DNA from: an uncultured Maribacter sp.
GTDB taxonomy: Bacteria > Bacteroidota > Bacteroidia > Flavobacteriales > Flavobacteriaceae
Direction of reading: 5' to 3'
Length of the DNA stretch: 64,000 nt
Assembly: GCF_947500985.1 (NCBI RefSeq)
Contig: NZ_CANMTX010000008.1
Span: 59,669 to 123,668, forward strand
The first letter of the stretch is position 1. The number at the start of each line of letters is the position of its first letter. The position numbers and the translations under genes are program-made. Below the pieces are notes generated by a model. It saw only the letters and a list, made by a program, of their open reading frames with translations, did no database searches and had not been told where the DNA came from. This document shows, piece by piece, positions 57,490 through 64,000 of the stretch.

Positions 57490-58599
57490 TTATTCTACAC
57501 CACCTTTAGTGTTGTCTTGCCACTCTTTAAGTTCGTCCCATTTACCATCAGCAGCCATTTTAGCTTGCTTTGGCCAAGAGGTAGGATCTAAATGAGCCAT
57601 TCTTGAACTTGCTTCTGTTAAGATTTCTTTGATTTTTTCAGCTTCTCCTTTAGAAAGATCTGCGAAAGTAGTAATACCTGCAGCAACTAATGCTTCAGCA
57701 GCTTTAGGTCCAATACCTTCAACTTTAGTTAAATCGTCAGCTTCAGCTTTAGTAGCTTTAGCAACTACTGGTTCAGCCTTAACTTCTGGCTCAGCTTTTA
57801 CTTCTGGTTCAGCTTTTGCTGGAGTAGGTTCTGGCTTTTCAGCAGTAACCTTTTTCTTTGGAGCTTTATCTTTTTTCTCAGATTTACCTTCAGATGCATC
57901 GCCTTTTTCAGCCTTACGTTCAGCAAGACCTTCAGCAACTGCATTTGTAACTTCTGTCATAATGATGTCAATTGACTTAGAAGCATCATCATTAGAAGGT
58001 ATAAGGTAATCTACATCTCTAGGATCACAGTTGGTATCAACCATTGCAAAAATAGGAATGTTTAATTTTTGAGCTTCTTTTACTGCAATGTGCTCTCTCA
58101 TTGTATCAACGATGAACAATGCACCTGGTAAACGAGTCATTTCAGAAATAGAACCTAAGTTTTTTTCTAATTTTGCACGTAAACGGTCAACTTGTAATCT
58201 TTCTTTTTTAGATAGAGTAAGGAAAGTACCATCTTTCTTCATACGATCAATAGAAGCCATTTTCTTAACAGCTTTACGAATTGTAACGAAGTTTGTTAAC
58301 ATGCCACCTGGCCATCTTTCTGTGATGTAAGGCATGTTTACTGCTGCTGCTTTTTCAGCAACGATATCTTTTGCTTGTTTTTTGGTAGCTACGAAAAGTA
58401 TTTTTCTACCTGATGCTGCAATCTTGCTAAGAGCCTCATTGGTCTCGTCTAATTTTGCAACTGTTTTGTAAAGGTTGATTACATGAATACCATTACGCTC
58501 CATGTAGATGTAAGGAGCCATGTTCGGATTCCACTTTCTTGTTAGGTGACCAAAATGTACACCTGCTTCTAATAATTGTTTTACTTCGACTCTCGCCAT
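57490..58599 (-). CDS. rpsB: 30S ribosomal protein S2 with C-terminal HhH (DUF4332-like) extension
   Basis: AGVHFGH, WPGGMLTN and PSNDDA; extension DDLTKVEGIGPK...HLDPTSWPKQA. Confidence 0.97.
   Translation of the reverse strand: MARVEVKQLLEAGVHFGHLTRKWNPNMAPYIYMERNGIHVINLYKTVAKLDETNEALSKIAASGRKILFVATKKQAKDIVAEKAAAVNMPYITERWPGGMLTNFVTIRKAVKKMASIDRMKKDGTFLTLSKKERLQVDRLRAKLEKNLGSISEMTRLPGALFIVDTMREHIAVKEAQKLNIPIFAMVDTNCDPRDVDYLIPSNDDASKSIDIIMTEVTNAVAEGLAERKAEKGDASEGKSEKKDKAPKKKVTAEKPEPTPAKAEPEVKAEPEVKAEPVVAKATKAEADDLTKVEGIGPKAAEALVAAGITTFADLSKGEAEKIKEILTEASSRMAHLDPTSWPKQAKMAADGKWDELKEWQDNTKGGVE
57769..57817 (-). repeat. 18-bp degenerate coding repeat (AEPEVK) x2.7 in the S2 linker
   Basis: KAEPEVKAEPEVKAEP in the translation. 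Confidence 0.8.
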
Positions 58600-58605
58600 T
58601 TTAAT

Positions 58606-58687
58606 TTAGTTTACGTTCTTATGAATTAGCAATGATAAAGTGGTATTTGCATGAGCAAAAGCCTTCACCATTTAGATGCTAAACTAA
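58606..58687 (-). promoter_or_regulatory. Structured rpsB leader, probable S2 autoregulatory element
   Basis: Minus-strand TTAGTTTA (58687-80) pairs with TAAACTAA (58613-06), ending 6 nt before the ATG; additional internal AGCA/TGCT and TGGT/ACCA complementarity. Confidence 0.55.
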
Positions 58688-58793
58688 TCTTACCTTTAAT
58701 TTTAAAGTGATTAAAGGATTTTTAATTGTCCCCAAAAGGACTTTCAATGAACTTGTTAATACTCTGGATTTTCCAGTATGATAAAATATAAAA

Positions 58794-58815
58794 ATAGGCA
58801 CCCAAAAGGGTGCCT
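58794..58815 (-). terminator. Terminator after rpsI
   Basis: AGGCACCC-aaaa-GGGTGCCT with adjacent A run (U tail on the minus strand). Confidence 0.7.
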
Positions 58816-58834
58816 GGTAATCTTGTAACTCGAA

Positions 58835-59221
58835 TTAACGTTTCGAGAATTGGAATTTTTTACGTGCTTTCTTCTGACCGAATTTCTTACGTTCAACCAT
58901 TCTTGGATCTCTAGTTAATAGACCTTCTGGTTTCAAGACAATTCTGTTTTCAGCATCAATCTCACACATTGCTCTTGATAAAGCAAGACGAATAGCTTCT
59001 GCTTGACCAGTGATACCACCACCGTAAACATTTACTTTTACGTCATAAGTATCTAAGCTTTCAGTTAAAGTGAAAGGTTGTTTTACTTTGTATTGAAGTG
59101 TTGCAGTTGGAAAGTATACACTTAAATCTTTGTTGTTAATAGTGATATCACCATTACCATCAGAAAGATAAACTCTCGCTACAGCGGTCTTTCTACGACC
59201 AATTTTATGAATTACTTCCAT
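58835..59221 (-). CDS. rpsI: 30S ribosomal protein S9
   Basis: GRRKTAVARV, GGGITGQAEAIR and QFSKR. Confidence 0.98.
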   Translation of the reverse strand: MEVIHKIGRRKTAVARVYLSDGNGDITINNKDLSVYFPTATLQYKVKQPFTLTESLDTYDVKVNVYGGGITGQAEAIRLALSRAMCEIDAENRIVLKPEGLLTRDPRMVERKKFGQKKARKKFQFSKR

Positions 59222-59222
59222 C

Positions 59223-59678
59223 TTATTTAATGTCTTTTAAATTAACAACAGTTGGCTTTTGAGCTTCCTGACCGTGCTCTGTACCTGCGTAAACTTTTAG
59301 GTTTCTGAAAAGCTCAGCACCTAGTCTGTTCTTAGGTAACATACCTTTGATCGCTTTTTCAAGAATACCTTCTGGATTTTTATCCAATAATTGTTTTACG
59401 GTAGTAGAACGTTGACCACCTGGGTAGCCAGTATATCTCAAGTAGGTTTTATCAGACCACTTGTTTCCTGAAAGAACAATCTTCTCTGCGTTGATAATAA
59501 CAACATTATCACCACAATCTACGTGAGGGGTGAAACTTGGTTTGTGCTTTCCTCTTAACAAATAGGCGACTTTAGAAGCCATGCGTCCTAATGTTTCTCC
59601 TTCGGCATCTACCAATAACCACTCTTTGTTGACAGTTGTTCTGTTGGCCGAAACGGTCTTATAACTTAATGTATCCAC
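59223..59678 (-). CDS. rplM: 50S ribosomal protein L13
   Basis: [25 protein letters not shown] and GMLPKN; GTG start. Confidence 0.98.
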   Translation of the reverse strand: MDTLSYKTVSANRTTVNKEWLLVDAEGETLGRMASKVAYLLRGKHKPSFTPHVDCGDNVVIINAEKIVLSGNKWSDKTYLRYTGYPGGQRSTTVKQLLDKNPEGILEKAIKGMLPKNRLGAELFRNLKVYAGTEHGQEAQKPTVVNLKDIK

Positions 59679-59726
59679 TACTGCTATTTTTAACTATTAT
59701 TTTAATCAATCCCTAGAAAGGGGCTG

Positions 59727-59757
59727 CAAATCTACAATTATTAAGTTGAATTGCAAA
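59727..59757 (-). promoter_or_regulatory. Complete Bacteroidota sigma70 promoter of rplM-rpsI
   Basis: Minus-strand TTTG (59757-54)-N19-TAGATTTG (59734-27). Confidence 0.85.
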
Positions 59758-59925
59758 TACTTGTTTCTTATTTTTTCACATTTTTTCAATAAATGCGAAA
59801 TCTTACTACTTTGCTACTATTGAGATACTGTTAAACTTATTGATTTTATTACTATTTCTGTAACATTTACAATTCTTTAATGTCTCTTCTAATATTAAAA
59901 CAATCAACCAAAAGAACTTGCAATT

Positions 59926-62556
59926 ATGAGTAGACGCTTATTCAAGAGTATCTTATTTATTTTATTAACGACTATAGTAGTTGCTCAAAAAGATTCTGTA
60001 AAGGTACAACGGGAATATAATACCGTGCAACTTCCTATAGGTGAAGAAATCACTATTGATGGCAAATTGTCTGATAAAGCATGGAAAAATGTTATTTGGG
60101 ATGATGATTTTACTGTTTTTGAGCCAAATAACGGTAAAAAAGCAAGTCAACGAACAAAATTTAAGATTGCATATGATGCTAAGTTTATTTATGTAGGTAT
60201 TCGCTGTTATGATAGTATACCTAATAAAATAGAAAAACGTCTAGCTCGTAGAGATAATTTTTCTGGAGATTGGATAGAGGTGAATATTGATAGTTATAAT
60301 GATAAAAGAACGGCTTTTTCATTTAACGTCTCGGCTGCGGGAGTAAAGGGTGATGAGTTTATTTCTAGAAATGGTGATTTTTGGGATGCCAGCTGGAACC
60401 CAATTTGGTATACAGCGGCAAATATTGATGGAGAAGGATGGAGCGCAGAAATGAAAATTCCGTTTAGTCAATTGAAGTTTGGTGTTGCGGAAGAACAAGT
60501 GTGGGGACTTCAAATACACAGAAGATATTTTAGGGGAGAAGAACGCTCTATTTGGCAACCAATTTCTTTAGAAGCACCTGGTTGGGTTAGTGAATTTGGT
60601 AGGTTGAACGGTTTAAAGAATATTGAACCGCAAAAACAATTGGAGATTCAACCGTTTTTAGTGAATCAGTTCGATAAGTATCCATCCGAAGATGGTAACC
60701 CTTTTAGAGATGGCAAAGATTATATTCTCAATGCAGGGTTAGATGCTAAAATAGGATTAACGAATGACTTGACCCTAGATTTAACGGTCAACCCAGATTT
60801 CGGTCAGGTAGATGCTGATCCAGGTGCGATTGCATTGGACGGATTTCAAATATTCTTTGAAGAACGAAGACCTTTTTTTATTGAGAACAAAAATATATTC
60901 GACTATGAGTTTGCCGATGGTAACGACAATGTTTTTTATAGTAGAAGAATAGGCAGAAGCCCGCAAGGGTATGCAGATGTTACAGATAATGAATTTGTTG
61001 ATCAACCAATAAATTCTACAATACTTGGCGCGGCAAAATTTTCTGGTAAGACAAAAAACGGGTGGTCTTTAGGTTTGTTAGAAAGTGTTACCGGTAAAAT
61101 GTACGCAGATATTGAAGATGTCACTGGTAATAAAAGATCAGAACTGGTTGAGCCTTTAACCAACTATATTGTGGGTAGAGTTCAAAAAGATTTCAATGAA
61201 AGAAATTCTTATTTGGGCGGAATATTCACCGCCACTAATAGAAATTTGCCCGATCATCTTGAGTTTTTAAGAAGTGGGGCATATACCGGCGGTTTAGATT
61301 TTAAACATAATTGGAAGAATAGAAATTATTATGTTGAAGGTAATATAGTAGGTAGTCATGTTACGGGTAGTGAAGAAGCAATAACACGAACACAAAATAG
61401 TATTACGCACCTTTTTCAAAGAGTAGATGCGGGTCATGTTTCTGTTGATGAGAGTAGAACATCACTTACGGGTACAGGCGGAAAGTTAGAAGTAGGTAAA
61501 GCTGGTGGTGGAAATTGGAGGTATGATGGCGGGGTCATTTGGCGCTCACCCGAATTGGAACTGAACGATATCGGATTTTTAAGGCAGGCAGATGAAATAA
61601 AACAAACAGCATCTGTAAGTAGATTGTTTATAAAGCCCACTAATTTTTATCGTAAAGCCAATATAGAATTAAGTCAATATTCAACCTACGACTTTGAGGG
61701 TAATTATAATCGAATTCAATATCAATTTGAAGGTTTTATAAATTATAAAAATAATTGGTGGACAGAAGTGGGTGCAGCGCATAAACCACGTATATTTTCA
61801 AATACGGTACTTCGTGGCGGACCACGGTGGCGCTGGTCAGACGAAAATTTCGCGTATTTATTCTTCGGTTCTGATAGTAGAAAGAAATTGAGTTTTACCC
61901 TAGGTTATGTAAATAGTCAAGCAGCAGAAAAGAATTTTTCGCTAGCGCGATATGTTTTTAGATTATATTACCAACCTTTTGATGCTTTTAATCTATCTAT
62001 TTCTTCTGAATTTGAAGAGAATCCGAATAAGACGCAGTATGTTACCGAAACCAATTTTAATGGCGATGCAAGATATATTACCGGTAATATTGATCAAAAA
62101 ACGTTTAGTACTTCCATCCGTTTTAATTATAGTCTAAATCCGAATCTTTCTATTCAGTATTATGGCGAACCATTTATATCTAGAGGTACATATACCGATT
62201 TTAATTACGTGAATAATCCAATTGCAGAAAGTCTTAATGAGCGAGTAACTCTATTCTCTGCAAATCAAATTTCGCAACCTACTAGTACTATTGATTATTT
62301 AATTGATGAAAATTTTGATGGTACTGTAGATTATCAAATAGAGAATCCAGATTTTTCATATGTTCAATTTAGATCCAACTTAGTGCTTAGATGGGAATAT
62401 GTGCCTGGTTCAGAAATCTTTTTGGTCTGGTCACAAGGTGTTGTAGGGGCAGGGAATCCTGATGAAACTTTGGGTAGGAATTTAGATCGTCAAATACTAG
62501 GGCAGAAAAAAGATAATACCATTTTGTTGAAAGCAACGTATAGATTTATACTCTAA
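59926..62556 (+). CDS. DUF5916 / CBM9-like domain outer-membrane protein
   Basis: Signal peptide ending VAQ; IDGKLSDKAW, WSAEMKIPF, TVNPDFGQVDAD and FFEERRPFF motifs. Confidence 0.85.
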   Translation: MSRRLFKSILFILLTTIVVAQKDSVKVQREYNTVQLPIGEEITIDGKLSDKAWKNVIWDDDFTVFEPNNGKKASQRTKFKIAYDAKFIYVGIRCYDSIPNKIEKRLARRDNFSGDWIEVNIDSYNDKRTAFSFNVSAAGVKGDEFISRNGDFWDASWNPIWYTAANIDGEGWSAEMKIPFSQLKFGVAEEQVWGLQIHRRYFRGEERSIWQPISLEAPGWVSEFGRLNGLKNIEPQKQLEIQPFLVNQFDKYPSEDGNPFRDGKDYILNAGLDAKIGLTNDLTLDLTVNPDFGQVDADPGAIALDGFQIFFEERRPFFIENKNIFDYEFADGNDNVFYSRRIGRSPQGYADVTDNEFVDQPINSTILGAAKFSGKTKNGWSLGLLESVTGKMYADIEDVTGNKRSELVEPLTNYIVGRVQKDFNERNSYLGGIFTATNRNLPDHLEFLRSGAYTGGLDFKHNWKNRNYYVEGNIVGSHVTGSEEAITRTQNSITHLFQRVDAGHVSVDESRTSLTGTGGKLEVGKAGGGNWRYDGGVIWRSPELELNDIGFLRQADEIKQTASVSRLFIKPTNFYRKANIELSQYSTYDFEGNYNRIQYQFEGFINYKNNWWTEVGAAHKPRIFSNTVLRGGPRWRWSDENFAYLFFGSDSRKKLSFTLGYVNSQAAEKNFSLARYVFRLYYQPFDAFNLSISSEFEENPNKTQYVTETNFNGDARYITGNIDQKTFSTSIRFNYSLNPNLSIQYYGEPFISRGTYTDFNYVNNPIAESLNERVTLFSANQISQPTSTIDYLIDENFDGTVDYQIENPDFSYVQFRSNLVLRWEYVPGSEIFLVWSQGVVGAGNPDETLGRNLDRQILGQKKDNTILLKATYRFIL

Positions 62557-62650
62557 GTACCTGTTTTTGTTAGGTAGCTGTTTGTATGGATATGAAATAA
62601 TAAGTTGATTTTTTCGTTTTTATGCTTGTACAACCAAAAAAACTAAAAAG

Positions 62651-63157
62651 ATGTATAAGCATATTTTACTAATTGCAGGAGTAGTATTAACACTAGTATC
62701 CTGTAGTTCTGACAAAGATGAGACCCAAAATGAAGCAGAACTCAATAGTGCGGCTATTGTTGGCACTTGGGATGCTACAGAACTTGAAATTGACAATGAA
62801 ACAGCAAGTGACGATGTTAAATTTGGAAAACAGATTCTAGATTTTCTTACAGAGAAAAATTGTTTTATTATTACACTCCAGTTTAATGAAGACTTAACGG
62901 CCAGCGCTTCTAACTCCGCAAATTATATTGAAGTTAACGCAACTGCTACGGGTTTAGATATTCCTTGTCCTACAGAGTCAGATGAAAGTGCAAGTACGTA
63001 TACTTTTGACGGAGAAACTGTAACTACAATAGATGAAAATGGTGAGGAAGTGGCAATAGGTGTTATTATTGATGGTAATGTAATGACATTAGATGCCAGC
63101 GATCTTGATATTCCTAATTTCTCAGAAGACGGACAATTGATTTTTGTGAAGCGATAA
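62651..63157 (+). CDS. Lipocalin-like lipoprotein
   Basis: Lipobox LVSC; IVGTWD motif. Confidence 0.75.
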   Translation: MYKHILLIAGVVLTLVSCSSDKDETQNEAELNSAAIVGTWDATELEIDNETASDDVKFGKQILDFLTEKNCFIITLQFNEDLTASASNSANYIEVNATATGLDIPCPTESDESASTYTFDGETVTTIDENGEEVAIGVIIDGNVMTLDASDLDIPNFSEDGQLIFVKR

Positions 63158-63184
63158 ACAAGCTTAAATTATATTCAAAGAATT

Positions 63185-63213
63185 GACCCTTACATTTATT
63201 GTGAGGGTTTTTT
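63185..63213. terminator. Terminator between convergent genes
   Basis: GACCCTTAC-loop-GTGAGGGTT plus T run. Confidence 0.65.
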
Positions 63214-63523
63214 ATTGCTTATAAAATTTAGCTTTTACATTTTGATGTTCTGATTGTATGGTAATCATGTACAAGCCTTTCTCAAGATTAAAAACGGGTA
63301 TGTTAAGCGAGTTTCTTTTAATATCCCATTGGTGGTAGATAATTTGGGTCCCGTAGCTATCTCTAATGCTTATAGCCGCATTCGAATCATTTTTAAGTCC
63401 TAAGACATTAATAACATTCGTTGCAGGGTTAGGAAACACTTTGATAGTACTTTCCGCATCTTGGGCAAACAACTGCGTTGCGCTAAAGATGATAAAAAGT
63501 GATATGATAAAAAGACGTTTCAT
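63212..63523 (-). CDS. Signal peptide + T9SS type A sorting domain only
   Basis: Sec signal ending LFAQ, then KVFPNPA...NLEKGLYMI...KFYKQ; no cargo domain. Confidence 0.85.
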   Translation of the reverse strand: MKRLFIISLFIIFSATQLFAQDAESTIKVFPNPATNVINVLGLKNDSNAAISIRDSYGTQIIYHQWDIKRNSLNIPVFNLEKGLYMITIQSEHQNVKAKFYKQ

Positions 63524-63612
63524 AAAATATAGCGTACCTCATAGTAGAAGTACGCTATATGCTAACGTTTGTAAAATACCTTTTCGTCTTTCTTTAAATA
63601 AACTTTAACTTT

Positions 63613-63999
63613 CTAGAATGTGAAATAGGTACGGCTAGTAGATGTATTGTCATTACTATCTTTAGATACTATTTGAACAATATATTGCTCCCCAGCTGTA
63701 ATATTATAAGAGGTGTTTTCATTAGTAGTATTCTCAAGAATTAATTCTAAATTATCTGAGGTACCGATATACACATCATAATTAATCAAATCATCATCTA
63801 AATCTTCACCTACCCAAGAAACGTTGACTGTACCATCACCATTATCTGAAACACTGATTTCTGCTGGGAATGGGGCAAAGTTTCCTGTACTGGTTCCTTC
63901 AGAATAGAAATTCCAAGAATCACTAGCTAAAGTTTTTGCGCCTAAAATTGCAGTTACAGTCCATGAAAATTGGGTGCCTTTTGGCAGACCTGCAGCAAG
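63613..63999 (-). CDS. FN3-like domain protein (5' partial, not in ORF track)
   Basis: Open frame from 63999: FSWTVTA...NFAPFPAE...VNVSWVGEDLDDDLINYDVYIG...YIVQIVSKDSNDNTSTS; stop TAG at 63613-15. Confidence 0.8.
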   Translation of the reverse strand, partial: LAAGLPKGTQFSWTVTAILGAKTLASDSWNFYSEGTSTGNFAPFPAEISVSDNGDGTVNVSWVGEDLDDDLINYDVYIGTSDNLELILENTTNENTSYNITAGEQYIVQIVSKDSNDNTSTSRTYFTF

Positions 64000-64000
64000 T

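Noticed and set aside
363-58811. Recurring ACCCAAAAGGGT at 363 and 58800, with a near match in the tRNA-Ser variable arm
   Set aside because: Explained by independent short hairpins with a C-AAAA-G loop; flanks are unrelated
2150-62137. Numerous short ORFs nested in or antisense to long genes (e.g. 2150, 4936, 10218, 11625, 12492, 14976, 33906, 40334, 53046, 57004, 57629, 61952)
   Set aside because: Shadow frames of well-supported genes, with no independent motifs or expression signals
62583-62590. TGTATGGA upstream of the lipocalin-like gene as a distant site for the LuxR-type regulator
   Set aside because: A single degenerate match without the phased partner sites seen at 26.8-27.0 kb

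Overview
AT-rich Bacteroidota chromosome segment, most likely Flavobacteriaceae and Maribacter-like. This is an inference from gene content, TAnnTTTG promoters, a T9SS sorting domain and TamL/TamB. It is mostly core genome: sucAB, galE, waaA, asnS, rpoN, frr-pyrH, tsf-rpsB, rplM-rpsI, an exbB/exbD operon, tRNA-Leu(TAG) and tRNA-Ser(GGA). I found no integrase, transposase, prophage gene, rRNA or CRISPR array. Accessory content: a second exbD pair without exbB, a doubly frameshifted secreted-protein gene, tamB-tamL, a BlaI/BlaR1 pair with three operators, and a Y_Y_Y/LuxR regulator followed by a single GH16 lipoprotein whose catalytic domain is split by an inserted module. The strongest unexplained signal is intergenic. 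Four small ORFs (35-45 aa, three of them membrane peptides) missing from the ORF track sit in two gaps (14.3-14.85 kb and 29.35-30.0 kb). Both gaps share an identical bipartite motif, TCGATA-N15-TCTATA (21-bp period). They also carry terminators, a 19-bp exact duplication over one start codon and a 12-bp inverted repeat over another, which suggests an undescribed small-protein regulon. A probable Flavo-1-type repeat/ncRNA, a heptamer VNTR and a structured rpsB leader are also present. All family assignments come from recognising motifs by eye; no database search was run.
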